A DNA stretch of 64,000 bases from a virus (taxonomy: Duplodnaviria; Caudoviricetes), in the IMG/VR virus record IMGVR_UViG_3300036801_000470, positions 1,613-65,612 of that record; one strand, given 5' to 3'. This document shows, in pieces, positions 37,030 through 47,060 of the stretch. The notes beneath the pieces are model-generated. The model was not told the origin of the DNA and did not search any database. It saw only the letters and a program-made list of their open reading frames with translations. A program made the position numbers and the translations under genes. Within the stretch, counting starts at the first letter, position 1; every line of letters begins with the position of its first letter.

Positions 37030-37527
37030 TCAGCTCGCCTTCACCAGGATCTGCGTGCCGACGGCATCGGTCGCCGCGAAGGAGGTGTTCCAGAGCTGCA
37101 CGATGATGTCGCTCGTGGAGGCGACCGCGCGCGCGAAGTAGAGGGTCGTCGTGTTGAGCACGAAGACCTCGACCTCGCGAAAGAGAACGGGGATGGACGC
37201 CGCGGGGTCGATCTCCGTACCGACGAGGGCGGGGAAGTTCACCGCAAACTGCCCCGTCGTACCGCGCGTCAGGAACGGCGGCGCATTCGTGTTGAGCGCC
37301 TTCCACTCGGCTTCCCAGTCGACGAGCTGCGTGGTGAGCGTCGTCGCCCCGGTCTGGAAGATCGCCCAGGCACGGCAGCTCGTCCGCGTCATCGACGCGA
37401 CGTCGCCGATCATCTCGGTCGCGGAGCTGGCGTCCCAATCCGTCTTCGGGTTGCGGACCGGATTGGCGTTTTGGAAGCCGCCAGACGGGACGCCGTAGGC
37501 GCTTGCAGTGGAGGCGTTGGGGAGCAT
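37030..37527 (-). CDS. Hypothetical baseplate-region protein
   Basis: Beta-rich ORF within the structural operon. Confidence 0.6.
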   Translation of the reverse strand: MLPNASTASAYGVPSGGFQNANPVRNPKTDWDASSATEMIGDVASMTRTSCRAWAIFQTGATTLTTQLVDWEAEWKALNTNAPPFLTRGTTGQFAVNFPALVGTEIDPAASIPVLFREVEVFVLNTTTLYFARAVASTSDIIVQLWNTSFAATDAVGTQILVKAS

Positions 37528-37532
37528 TCGTT

Positions 37533-39116
37533 TTACGCCGGGTAGAAGCCGATGAGGTACGGCACGAAGATGTTGGGCGGGTCCGACACGGTGCCAGGGA
37601 GCGCGGGGGTCGTGGCGCTCTGGTACAGCCAGATCGCCGAGCTGACCTCGGGCCCGCTGCTCGTCAGCGCCTTCAGGAACGCGGCGCCGAGGGACGACGG
37701 GTACGAGCTCGAGGGGAGGGGCTTACGGAAGGCCCGCGGGAGCAGCCCCGCGCTCGCGGTCTTCTCACCGGGCCCCAGGCTCGCGAACGCGCTCAGGACG
37801 GCGTTCGCGTAGACCTGCTGGTTCACGCACTGCGGCCAGATGTAGCCGGGCGATTGGACGTTCACGAGCGGCGCCGAGAGCGTGAGCGCGTACGCGCCCG
37901 GGGAGCCCGTGAACGAGATCACCGTGGCGTTGAAGATCTTCCAGGTGTTCGGGTCCAGGTAGGCGATGCGGGAGACGCCGGCCGTCGGGGGGCTCGGCGC
38001 GTCGCAGGTGATCTGGGTCGTCGAGGTGACGCTGGTGATGTTGCACTTGAAGCTGCCCGCGCCGTTGAAGTTGTAGGGCCAGGGCTGCGCATCGAGCCAT
38101 CCACCGCCGGGGCCCGGCGGCTGCGCGTTCGGGGCGGCCGGCAGCGAGAGGCCGATGGCGATCGAGGCCTGCACGTTCGCGACGGTCGTGACGACGATCT
38201 TGCTGCCCTCGCCGAGCTGCCCGAGGATGTAGGGGGTGATCGTGCCGGTCAGAATCGCGGCGGCGATGTCGCGGTTCCGCGCGTTGCTCGCGGCGAGGTT
38301 GGTCGCGTACCCGACGACCGCGACGTGGTAGCTCGCCGGTCCTCCCGCGGCCGGGTAGCAGAAGCCGGCTTGCACGCCGGCCCAGGCCTTTTCGGCGACC
38401 TCGCAGACCTGGGCGGCGTTCCCCCCGCCCATCGGATTCGCCAGGCGGCGGAGGAAGCGCGCGCGGGCCGTCTCGACGTCCTCGGCGTCGCCCCCGTTCG
38501 AGAGGCCGTCCTCGCCGCCGGTCGTGCCGACGGTGACCGAGGGGCTGCAGTTCGGGGGGGCGATGATCCAGGTGAGCGTGTCGCCGTTGACGTGCTCGGT
38601 GCTCGAGCCGGTGCTGAGCGCCTGGACGGGGACCGGCTGGCCGTTCGAGTACGTGCCGCCCTGAATGACCTGGTAGACCTGATTCAGGTCGTCGACGAGC
38701 TGGTCCCCCTGCCCCGGCGTCGTGCTGCCCGCGATGGGGGTGGGGGCCGAGCAGGTGATCGTGACGTAGCCGCTGGCGCCAAAGGCGGCCCGCGGCGCCA
38801 TCCCCACGATCGCCATCCAGCGCGTCAGCGCGTCGAGCGCGGCGCTGTCGGGCATGAAGTCGTCGACGGAGACGACGGTGTTCGCCTCGTTGACGGCCAG
38901 CTGCCGGGCGATCGCATACGCGAGCCGGTAGTAGTCGCTCCCGATCTCGACGTTGACCGGCACGCCCTGTCGCGCGAAGTCGGCGACGAGGGTGCGAAGG
39001 ATCGACTGCGCGATCGTCACCTCGTCCCGCGCCGAGATCGGCGGGGAGGCGTTGAGCGTGAGCGCGACCGGAGCCGACGTGGTCGTCGTGCTCCCGATGG
39101 TGGTGACGTTCGCCAT
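37533..39116 (-). CDS. Baseplate J-like protein (Mu gp47-like)
   Basis: PDSA...L, ASGYVTIT, GGDAEDVETARARFLRRLANP.GGGN motifs; real start ATG 39116. Confidence 0.85.
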   Translation of the reverse strand: MANVTTIGSTTTTSAPVALTLNASPPISARDEVTIAQSILRTLVADFARQGVPVNVEIGSDYYRLAYAIARQLAVNEANTVVSVDDFMPDSAALDALTRWMAIVGMAPRAAFGASGYVTITCSAPTPIAGSTTPGQGDQLVDDLNQVYQVIQGGTYSNGQPVPVQALSTGSSTEHVNGDTLTWIIAPPNCSPSVTVGTTGGEDGLSNGGDAEDVETARARFLRRLANPMGGGNAAQVCEVAEKAWAGVQAGFCYPAAGGPASYHVAVVGYATNLAASNARNRDIAAAILTGTITPYILGQLGEGSKIVVTTVANVQASIAIGLSLPAAPNAQPPGPGGGWLDAQPWPYNFNGAGSFKCNITSVTSTTQITCDAPSPPTAGVSRIAYLDPNTWKIFNATVISFTGSPGAYALTLSAPLVNVQSPGYIWPQCVNQQVYANAVLSAFASLGPGEKTASAGLLPRAFRKPLPSSSYPSSLGAAFLKALTSSGPEVSSAIWLYQSATTPALPGTVSDPPNIFVPYLIGFYPA

Positions 39117-39600
39117 CAGAAGAGGTTCGTGACCTGGTCTTGCTGCTGAGATCCGGTGAGGTCGCGCCAGCGCATGTCCACGCGGACGCCGGAGATGGTC
39201 GCGCCCGAGCCGATGGGCGTGACGACGATCGACACGATCGCCATGAGCCCCCGGTTCACGTACAGCGCGAAGGCCGTCTGCACGATCGCGAGGACGTTCT
39301 GCGTGAGGTCCGAGCCGGCGACGTCGAGGCTCGAGAAGTCGAGATCCGCGGCGACGAGCGCAACGATCTGCGGCATCGTCGCTTGCCCGGACGCGAGCCC
39401 TAGCGCGGTGAAGTCGAAGTCGCCGGTCCGCGGGTCGATGATCCGCCCCGTGTCCGAGAGTCCGGAGAGCGGTCCGGGAAGACCACCGGGATGGCCACCT
39501 GGCCGGTCGCGCGAATCCCCGTTCCCGCCGGCGACAAGCCCGCGGGCTGCCCCCCCGCACCGAGCGGCACCGTGATCGGGAACGTGGGCGGGATGCTCAT
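39116..39600 (-). pseudogene. Mu gp46/gpW-like baseplate gene split by a 1-nt frameshift near 39471
   Basis: Frame A MSIPP...VVFPD continues naturally in frame B as LSGLSDTGRIIDPRTGDFDF...MPQIVALV...WRDL. Confidence 0.65.
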
Positions 39601-39902
39601 GTGGAGGAGGAGTTCAGGGGGCAGTCGAGCTGCAGCATCCCCAGGAAGGCGTTGATCTGGTCCACAAGCGCGAGGATCGCCGTGATCGTCGCGATGTTGA
39701 GGATGAGCGGCGGGAGCGGCGTCGCGGGGATGAGGTTGTTCAGCGGGTTGGGGATCGTGATCGTGCAGCAGAGCGTCGCCTGCCCGAGATTGATCCCGAG
39801 CTCGGAGGGCCCAAAGGAGAGCCCGGGAATGCTCGGCAGCCCGATCGACAGCGGGCTCTGAAGCGAGGCCGTCGGAAGGAGCGGGACATCGAAGCAGGGC
39901 AC
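39597..39902 (-). CDS. Hypothetical Pro/Leu-rich baseplate-region protein
   Basis: GAGG RBS, coupled to next gene. Confidence 0.55.
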   Translation of the reverse strand: MPCFDVPLLPTASLQSPLSIGLPSIPGLSFGPSELGINLGQATLCCTITIPNPLNNLIPATPLPPLILNIATITAILALVDQINAFLGMLQLDCPLNSSST

Positions 39903-39906
39903 GGCC

Positions 39907-40692
39907 TCAGATCCCCACGCGCACGCTGTTGGAGGTGAAGAGGCCGATCGGGGCGCCGAAGCCCGCGGCGATGATGGGCACGCCGGGCATCGTGAGCGGC
40001 ACCTCGGCGAAGCCCCACGCCACCGGGCTCCACGCGGGGCCGACCCCGAGGAAGCAGGCGCCCGCCTCCGCCTTGAAGAGCCCCGCCTTGAACTGGATGG
40101 CGCTGGAGAGCCCGGGAATCGGAAGGCCGCCGGTCTGCCCCATGTCGAACGAGACGCCCGACTGATGGGTCATGTGGAATCCCGTCTGATCGAAGACGAG
40201 CTTTCCCCAGGGCCAGACCAGCATCCATCCCTTGCTCGGGTGGATGCGCTCGTAGGAGGCGCTGCCCGAGTCGTCGTTCGTACTCGTCGTGTAGTGGGTG
40301 ATCGACCCGTCGGCCTTCCACATCGTGCGCGCTTGCGCCTTGCCGTCGGGCCCCGGCGCAAACACGCACGTCTCGCCGGGCGAGAGGTTGCCGTAGATCT
40401 GGTTCGTCCGGACGTCGCGGGAGGCGATGACGACGTCGCGGTTCGAGCAGCGGATCGCCACACCTTGGCAGGCGGCGACGCCGTTCTTGGGATTGACGGG
40501 CCGCGAGGCGAAGCCGGTGTGCTGCCACCATTCCGCGTTGTCGCAGTCGGTGACCTGTTTTACCGCGTCGCCGGTCTGCGCCAGGATCGTCCCGGTCTGC
40601 TGCCCATTGTCCGGGTTGGTCTGCGTCCCCAGGATCGTGTTGAGGATATCGACGCCGATCTGGAAGACGCCGGAGATGGTGGGGGCCGACAT
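39907..40692 (-). CDS. Baseplate spike/assembly protein (Mu gp45/gpV-like)
   Basis: QHTGFASRP, VVIASRD, LSPGETCVF motifs. Confidence 0.75.
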   Translation of the reverse strand: MSAPTISGVFQIGVDILNTILGTQTNPDNGQQTGTILAQTGDAVKQVTDCDNAEWWQHTGFASRPVNPKNGVAACQGVAIRCSNRDVVIASRDVRTNQIYGNLSPGETCVFAPGPDGKAQARTMWKADGSITHYTTSTNDDSGSASYERIHPSKGWMLVWPWGKLVFDQTGFHMTHQSGVSFDMGQTGGLPIPGLSSAIQFKAGLFKAEAGACFLGVGPAWSPVAWGFAEVPLTMPGVPIIAAGFGAPIGLFTSNSVRVGI

Positions 40693-40696
40693 GGGA

Positions 40697-41356
40697 TTAG
40701 GACGGGAGGACCTGGATCAGCGCCGGGCCGAGCAGCGCGCCCGAGCCGGTCTTGCTGACCTGGTAGGAGAGGACGTCGCCGGCGCTGAGTGCGACGGCGC
40801 CCCCGAGAAGCGGGATCGAGGTTCCCGCCCATGCCGCCCACGCCGTCCCCGAGCTCGCCAGCTGCGCGATCGCGCTTGGGCTCCCCGTGCCGCCGGCGCG
40901 GCGGTTGACGGTGAGGGTGAGGTAGTTGGACGGGTCGGCGGTGACGGCGTTCGCCTGCACCTGCAGGACGAGCGAGCCGACGACGCAGGGATGAATGGCC
41001 CGCCCGAGGAGGGTCTCGGGAACGGCGGTGGACGCCAGCACCTCGGTCGCAAACTGCACGGCGAAGAGCGGCCGCGGAGTCGCACCCGAGACCGCAGCCG
41101 CCTGCGCGTTCGTCTGCGCGGCGACGTTCTGCATCACCCGCCCCTTCATGGTCGTGACGGGGCTCGTCGTGACGTCGACGACGTCTGCGAGCTGCGCGGA
41201 GGTCATGCTCGCCAGGACGAGGGGGAAGGCCTGCTCGAAGAGGGCTTGCGCGAGGCTCGTGGCCGTGAGGGGGTTCCCGAAAGGGCCGAGCGTCGGGACC
41301 GCCGTGTAGGTCCCGTCGCCCTGCACCGTCACGACGCCGGCGGTCGTCTGGGTCAT
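40697..41356 (-). CDS. Hypothetical virion protein
   Basis: Beta-rich C-terminal domain ending LSAGDVL...GSG. Confidence 0.65.
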   Translation of the reverse strand: MTQTTAGVVTVQGDGTYTAVPTLGPFGNPLTATSLAQALFEQAFPLVLASMTSAQLADVVDVTTSPVTTMKGRVMQNVAAQTNAQAAAVSGATPRPLFAVQFATEVLASTAVPETLLGRAIHPCVVGSLVLQVQANAVTADPSNYLTLTVNRRAGGTGSPSAIAQLASSGTAWAAWAGTSIPLLGGAVALSAGDVLSYQVSKTGSGALLGPALIQVLPS

Positions 41357-41357
41357 C

Positions 41358-42701
41358 TCAGGGGAACTCCATCGTGTGCGGGAGGATCAGCTGCAGGTGC
41401 GTCATCGGGCTTCGCCCCTGCCGGATGAAGGAGCGGCCGCCGACCCACATGGGCGCGTGGAAGTTGGAGTGGTCGTCGTCGACGTCCACGATGGTGTTAA
41501 CGGTCCAGGGCACGCCGTTGTACGTGTGCCCGTGCACGACGTAGTCGCCGACCCACATCTCGCATTGGATGTGGCTCATCTCCCGCTGCACGAACCGAAT
41601 CAGCTGATCCTGCGTCTTCGCTTCGTCGTCATGCAGGAACGTCACCGTGGAATACGGCAGTGGGCGAAGAACCGAGTCCGGGAACTGGCGTGGCGAGAGG
41701 ACGAGGCAGTCGTCGTTCTCGAGGAAGATGTCGTCGAGGTCCCTGCGGACGTTCAATCGCGAGTCTGAAAAGCGCGAGTCACGGAAGACATTCGTGAGAC
41801 CCGGCGAGCGCGGACTCGTCGTAATGCTCCCTTCGAAGGCGCCGAGCTCGATCCCGGTGGCGATCGTGACGAGCTCGTTCATCATCCCCACCTTGTAGTG
41901 GGACCGTGGCCACTCCCCTCCCCCGGTGAACCCCGTGGCGATGATCGCGCCGACCTGTCGCGAGGTGCGGCACTTCACTCCACCGCTCAGAATGTTGTTC
42001 GCCGTCGGGTCGTCGATGCGCCGCGTGAGCTTCGCGATCGCGGCCTGCTCGTAGTCGGGGAGCCCGACGACAACCGAGGTGCCGTCGGCGCTCGGCCAGA
42101 AGAAGTAGCCTGCGCGGTTGATGATGCGCGTGGCGTACTGATGGATCGACTCGCCGGGATGCGGCTTCAACTGCTCGGTGAAGATGGAAGACTTGATCGG
42201 CTTCCCCTTCACCTTCGTGAACTTCTCGGCGCGAAGCCCCGTGCGTACGGCGCGATTGGCCGCGTCGCTCTCGGTGTAGGTCTTGAATCCGTACGGCGCG
42301 AACACGCCCTCGACGAAGTCGGCGAGCGTCTGGTTGGGGCTGAACTTCAGATTGAACGGGTCGGCTCCGCCCATCACGAGCGGGCCCATGACGTCCTTGC
42401 CGGTGACCTTCAGGATCTTGCCCTTGCTGGGGCTCGTGTCCGGCTCGACATCATCGATGTAGCCGGTCGCCTGGACGAGCCCGCGAATGCGCAGCTGCAC
42501 GCGAGCGCCGGGCTTGAGCGCCTCGACCTCCTTGGCCGGCGGGTTCTCCTTGCCGCCCGTCTCGAGCGAGAAGCCGTCGGCGGCCGTGCGGAAGTTGGAC
42601 CCGAACTCGTAGGCGTTCCAGCGGGTGAGCGTCTGGCCGGTGTCGACGACCTGGAGCTCGAGGAGATCCTCCTCGGGCGCGCTTTCGCCGGGGGCGCTCA
42701 T
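41358..42701 (-). CDS. Baseplate hub protein (Mu gpP/gp44-like)
   Basis: W..YE....F..AADGFSL, TGYIDDV, VTGKD, PHPGES, WTVNTIVDV.D motifs. Confidence 0.8.
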   Translation of the reverse strand: MSAPGESAPEEDLLELQVVDTGQTLTRWNAYEFGSNFRTAADGFSLETGGKENPPAKEVEALKPGARVQLRIRGLVQATGYIDDVEPDTSPSKGKILKVTGKDVMGPLVMGGADPFNLKFSPNQTLADFVEGVFAPYGFKTYTESDAANRAVRTGLRAEKFTKVKGKPIKSSIFTEQLKPHPGESIHQYATRIINRAGYFFWPSADGTSVVVGLPDYEQAAIAKLTRRIDDPTANNILSGGVKCRTSRQVGAIIATGFTGGGEWPRSHYKVGMMNELVTIATGIELGAFEGSITTSPRSPGLTNVFRDSRFSDSRLNVRRDLDDIFLENDDCLVLSPRQFPDSVLRPLPYSTVTFLHDDEAKTQDQLIRFVQREMSHIQCEMWVGDYVVHGHTYNGVPWTVNTIVDVDDDHSNFHAPMWVGGRSFIRQGRSPMTHLQLILPHTMEFP

Positions 42702-43705
42702 GCGGCGAGGTAGTAGCGAACGCTCGTGTTTAGGGGGATGACCGCGCTCCGAAGGAGCGTCGGGTTCAGGGTGATGAGGTCGAGCGTCGAGGCGCTCAGC
42801 TGCTGCGCGACCGACGCGAGCGTCGTCGGCTGCAGCCCCACCGAGTAGAGCCCAATCTTCTTGCCGCTCGTGTTGAGGTTGCCCTGAAGAGCGATGCACG
42901 CCACGCGGAGGCGGTCAATCGCATCGCGGGCGGGCCCGTTCTGGACGCTCTGGATCGCCTGGGCGGGCGAATTCACGGCGCCGCCCATGGCGTCGAGGAT
43001 GGCGTTGCAGCGGTAGCCGACCTCGTTGATCTGGCCCGCGACGCGGCGCGAGAGGAGGGCGGCGGTGTCGAAGACGCCCTGGATGCTCCGCATCGTGTCT
43101 TGGAAGTTGGGCTGGTACTGCGGGAGCTTCGGTAGCGCGGGCTTGATCTGCGGGATGAACGAGTCGAGGTCGGACGCCGCGCCGATGGCGGCGCTCATCG
43201 GGTTGACCTGGACGAGTACTGCGGTCGTGTCGTTCGTCGCGTCGAAGGTCTCGCGCCAGGTGGCGGTGACCCAGACGCCGTCGGTCGTCGCCTCGTCCCA
43301 GTCCGTTTCGGCGTGGATGAAGCGGCAGGTGATGGCGCCGAACTCGGGGTGGTCCAGCGTGCCCTTGCTCTTTTTGGCACACGCGGCCGTGAACTGCCGG
43401 TAGACGCCCGGGTAGAGCGCCCCCGGCGGCCACTTCTCCTGGGGCCCCGGGGTGAGGCTGTTCAGGAACGGGATGCGGGCCTCGAACTCGAGCGGCATGC
43501 GCCCGAGTCCTTCGAGCTCGGCCCCGTCCTTCTCGACGTAGCGATGCTCGGCGATGTCCTGCGCGAGGTGCACACGGAAGCTCTTCGTCGGGAACGAGAT
43601 CCCCTTCCACCGGAACTCCGGAAGATTCCGCACCACGAACTTCGCGAAGTCGGGGACGATCTTCAGGTTCGGGACGAAGGCGTTGGTGAGCGTCGTGTTC
43701 GACAT
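42698..43705 (-). CDS. Mu gpN-like DNA circularisation protein with C-terminal LysM-like segment
   Basis: WKGISFP, EHRY..KDGA.LE.LGR, GTLDHPEFG; C-terminal TLASVA...LITLNP. Confidence 0.8.
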   Translation of the reverse strand: MSNTTLTNAFVPNLKIVPDFAKFVVRNLPEFRWKGISFPTKSFRVHLAQDIAEHRYVEKDGAELEGLGRMPLEFEARIPFLNSLTPGPQEKWPPGALYPGVYRQFTAACAKKSKGTLDHPEFGAITCRFIHAETDWDEATTDGVWVTATWRETFDATNDTTAVLVQVNPMSAAIGAASDLDSFIPQIKPALPKLPQYQPNFQDTMRSIQGVFDTAALLSRRVAGQINEVGYRCNAILDAMGGAVNSPAQAIQSVQNGPARDAIDRLRVACIALQGNLNTSGKKIGLYSVGLQPTTLASVAQQLSASTLDLITLNPTLLRSAVIPLNTSVRYYLAA

Positions 43706-43708
43706 GGC

Positions 43709-46126
43709 CTAGCCGTGGTCGTGCCCCGGGCGCTGCTGGTTCGGCGGCAGGTGGCGCGACATGTTGAAGTCCGCCGAGCCGCCGCCGGCGGTCGATGCGC
43801 CCGCGCTGTTGGAGAACTGATCGAGCGTGTCCTTGGCGCGCTTCAGGGCGCGCACGAGGTCGTCGAGGTGGTCGAGGTACTGGCTCTGCTTGTTGTAATC
43901 CTCGACCTGCCCGCGCTGCCCAGGCAGTGGAGATAGCGCCGCGGCGCCCGCGCCGAGCGCCGCCATGGGCCCCGTGTTGTCCTTCGCCTGGGAGATGCGC
44001 GCCTGGATCTCGCGCACCCGGGAGCTCAGCTCCTCAGGCTTCGCGGTCCCTTCCTCGATATCGCGACGCAGCACTCGAAGCGAAGTGAGGTCCTTCTGCG
44101 CCTGGTCTTCCCCGGCGTAGGCGCCCCCCTTCCCCCGGGCGATGACGTCGTCTCCGGCCACCACCGCGAGTACGCCGGCGGCGATGGGCGCAGCCAGAGC
44201 CGATCCCGCTCGGGCAGCCCCGGCGACGCGCGGCGCGACCGCTCCGGCCGCAACGCCCCCCGCCGTGGTCAACGCCGCGCCCGCGCGGCCCGCCGCGCCG
44301 CTCACCACCCCCGCAACCGTGCCGGCCGCTTGGCTGTTCAGAAGCGCGGTGAGGACGCCGCGGACCGCCGCGCCAATGCCGGCGGCGGCAAGGTCTCGGC
44401 TGATGGAGGCGGCGACGATCGCGCCGAGCCCCTTCCAGGGGTTCTCGATGAGGTAATCGGTCGCCTTCGCGATGCCATCGACGAAGTGCTCGATCTTGTC
44501 CGGGTTCTTGGAGAGCGCGTCGATCCACCGCTCGAGGATGGGCGTACCCTTCTCGGCGATGACCTCTTCGAGATGGATCATCGCGGCGCTGAGCTTCTGG
44601 GAGTCCTCCGCCATGACGCGCGAGAAGTCGGCGCCGACGTTCGACTCGGCGTAGGAGGATTGTTCGAAGTCGATGACCTTGCTCTTGACCGCGCCGTATC
44701 CGCTCCCCTTCTGCTGGGCCTCGGCTCCGCGGTAGGTGTCGGTCAAGGCAGCGAAGACCTTCATGCCGCGCTCGCCCAAGATCTCTTGGGCGAGGTCGGC
44801 GCGCCCCTTGGTCGCCTTGAACACGTTCGGGAGCAGCTCCTCAGGGCCGAGGAGCCCCTTGGCCGGATTGCCGCCGACGTAGATGTCCTTGAGGGGCATG
44901 CCTTTCTTGTGCCCCTTGCGCATGACGTCTTCGCCGAGGTGCTTCACCGCGGTCGCCGTCTCCGCGGCATCGCCGCCGGTGGCAGGGCCGACGAGCTGCG
45001 CGAGCCCCAGGAGCTTCTGCTGGTTGATGCGGACGTCCCCGCCATAGAAGCCCGCGGTCTCGGTGATCGTGCCGACGTTCGCGGCGAGCTGCTCGAGGGG
45101 GAGGTTGCCTTTCTTGCCGCCCCCGATGATGCCGCGCATGTTCTGGAGGAGCTCGTCCTGGCTCATCTCGGGCTTCGCGGCCTTCATGGCCGCCGCGGCC
45201 CGCACGTACTGCCCCAGGTCGCCCCCGGAGCCGCGCGCCATCATCGCGAACTCCTCGAGGTTCGACCGGCCCGTCGCCTTGCTGGGCGTGCTGATGCCGG
45301 CGAAGTCGGAGGCGTTGCCGACGTACTCGTGGATGTAGTTGGCGAGGTCGGTCTTGTCGAAATTGGTCGCCTTCTCCACGTGGCGCGCGAGCGCCATGAT
45401 CTTTTCGGGACTCGCCGCCGCGCGCGTCCGGGTGGCATCCCCTTCGACGAAGGCGGCGTTCGAGGCCTGGACAGAGGCCTCTTTGAACTGCATCTCGTTG
45501 CGGAGGCTGTCGGCGATCGAGAATCCGCCGCCGATCGCGAGGGCCGCTCCCCCGAGCGTCAGCGCCGTGTTGACGACGCGCCCGGTGCCAGAGCCAATCG
45601 CTCCGGAGATGGTGCTCGCGTACTGCGCGCGCCGCTGGCGCGTCGCCTGGCGCTGCATCTGGGCCTGGTGATCGAGATTCGCCCGCTCGCGGAGGCTCTG
45701 GCGGAAGATGCGCTCCTCGGTCTTCGCCTCCTGCGTCGCGATGCGCTCCCGATCGCGCGCAGCGCGCTCGCGGTCCCGCGTCGCCTCGCGCGTATAGCGC
45801 TCGCGATCCTGGGCGATGCGCTTCTCCGCGGAGCTCTCCTTGGCCGCGAACTGCTCGGCCGCGCGCTCGCGCTCCTTGCCGGCGCGCGCCGCCTCACGGG
45901 AGAGCTCCTTTTCCCACCGCTCCGCGTCCTTGACGAGCTTGTGGTAGTCCTTCTCGCGCGCGTCGACCTCCTTCTTCGTGACCTGGACGCGCTCGCGCGA
46001 GGCCCGCTGCGACTGCGAGACGGTCTGACGCTCGGCGCGGACCATGCGCTGCTCGAGCGAGTCGAACGCGCGCATGACATCCCTCACCCCGCCGGCGAGG
46101 AAGTCGATCTCTACGGGTGCGGGCAA
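43709..46126 (-). CDS. Tail tape measure protein
   Basis: Long Ala-rich helical ORF after the chaperone; TTG start. Confidence 0.85.
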   Translation of the reverse strand: MPAPVEIDFLAGGVRDVMRAFDSLEQRMVRAERQTVSQSQRASRERVQVTKKEVDAREKDYHKLVKDAERWEKELSREAARAGKERERAAEQFAAKESSAEKRIAQDRERYTREATRDRERAARDRERIATQEAKTEERIFRQSLRERANLDHQAQMQRQATRQRRAQYASTISGAIGSGTGRVVNTALTLGGAALAIGGGFSIADSLRNEMQFKEASVQASNAAFVEGDATRTRAAASPEKIMALARHVEKATNFDKTDLANYIHEYVGNASDFAGISTPSKATGRSNLEEFAMMARGSGGDLGQYVRAAAAMKAAKPEMSQDELLQNMRGIIGGGKKGNLPLEQLAANVGTITETAGFYGGDVRINQQKLLGLAQLVGPATGGDAAETATAVKHLGEDVMRKGHKKGMPLKDIYVGGNPAKGLLGPEELLPNVFKATKGRADLAQEILGERGMKVFAALTDTYRGAEAQQKGSGYGAVKSKVIDFEQSSYAESNVGADFSRVMAEDSQKLSAAMIHLEEVIAEKGTPILERWIDALSKNPDKIEHFVDGIAKATDYLIENPWKGLGAIVAASISRDLAAAGIGAAVRGVLTALLNSQAAGTVAGVVSGAAGRAGAALTTAGGVAAGAVAPRVAGAARAGSALAAPIAAGVLAVVAGDDVIARGKGGAYAGEDQAQKDLTSLRVLRRDIEEGTAKPEELSSRVREIQARISQAKDNTGPMAALGAGAAALSPLPGQRGQVEDYNKQSQYLDHLDDLVRALKRAKDTLDQFSNSAGASTAGGGSADFNMSRHLPPNQQRPGHDHG

Positions 46127-46235
46127 AGGTCACGCTGGGGACGAAGCAAGAAAGAGGGGGGAGGATGCCGAGAGGCCGGCGAAGAGGAAGTGGCAGGGAG
46201 GGCATCGACCGGGGAGGGACGCCCTGAGGGGTGAA

Positions 46236-47048
46236 TCAGTCGAGCGAGGGCTCGGGGAGCTCCTCGACGTCTATGTCCGGGGGCTCATCGAGGCCGCCCG
46301 CGTTCGCGCTGTCGCTCTCGCTCGAGTCGCCGGTCGACCTCCCGGAGCCGTCGTGCGGCGTACCAGAGGAGGATGTGGCCATCCGTGAGTTGCGTAGGTG
46401 AAAGACCAAACGCAAGATCAGGTCGATCAACGCACCCGAGGAGAGTGAACCTAAAGGGTCGGTGCGCGCCCCCGCGGCGAGCTTCTCGATCCAGAGATCG
46501 CACTCCTCGTTGGTGAGGTAGGCGAGGATCGGTCCGCACTCGATCTGGACCCGAAGGTACAGATTCATCAGCACGCCGACCTCGTCGGCGAGCATGTTGT
46601 GTCGCATCCATTGCGGGGACGGAAAGGCGTTGTCGTCGAGCTTCGACGTTGGCTTCCGGCACGTGCGGTAGAGCAGCTCGACGGTCGCCGCGTTCTTGTA
46701 GACGTTCGCGTAGCCGAGCGTGGTCGCGTCCACCGACTTGCTCGGGTCCTTCTTGTTTCGAAGGACCTCCTGCGTGTACAGCTCCGCGGCCGCCTGCGCG
46801 AGGATCTGCTCCTGCTGTGTTGCGGGGACGATCGCGATCTCGCCGATCGACGTGTCGGTCCCGGGCATCTTGCGCGGGTAGTCGACCTTCTTCGAGGGGC
46901 GCGGCACCTGCTCGAGCATCGCCACGAGCTCCCCAGGGGAGATGTGCTCGGGGGGCCCATGCGCCATCGCGCGCGGCGCCTGTCCGTCCGCGTGCTGCTC
47001 TTGCGCCGGCTTGCCGTGCGACGCCGATTGCTTCTTTTGGATCGTCAC
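46236..47048 (-). CDS. Tail assembly chaperone (G), with predicted -1 frameshift product (GT) ending at 46285
   Basis: Between tube and tape measure; in-phase C CCT TTA slippery heptamer. Confidence 0.75.
   Translation of the reverse strand: MTIQKKQSASHGKPAQEQHADGQAPRAMAHGPPEHISPGELVAMLEQVPRPSKKVDYPRKMPGTDTSIGEIAIVPATQQEQILAQAAAELYTQEVLRNKKDPSKSVDATTLGYANVYKNAATVELLYRTCRKPTSKLDDNAFPSPQWMRHNMLADEVGVLMNLYLRVQIECGPILAYLTNEECDLWIEKLAAGARTDPLGSLSSGALIDLILRLVFHLRNSRMATSSSGTPHDGSGRSTGDSSESDSANAGGLDEPPDIDVEELPEPSLD
46452..46458 (-). other. Predicted programmed -1 ribosomal frameshift site CCCUUUA
   Basis: X XXY YYZ in the correct phase (GAC CCT TTA); -1 frame stays open to 46285. Confidence 0.65.
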
Positions 47049-47060
47049 CGAGACCTCGGG

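Noticed and set aside
46128-46150. TTGCTTCG...CGTGACC resemblance to the 9907 promoter
   Set aside because: Short, spacing differs and the palindrome is missing; probably chance
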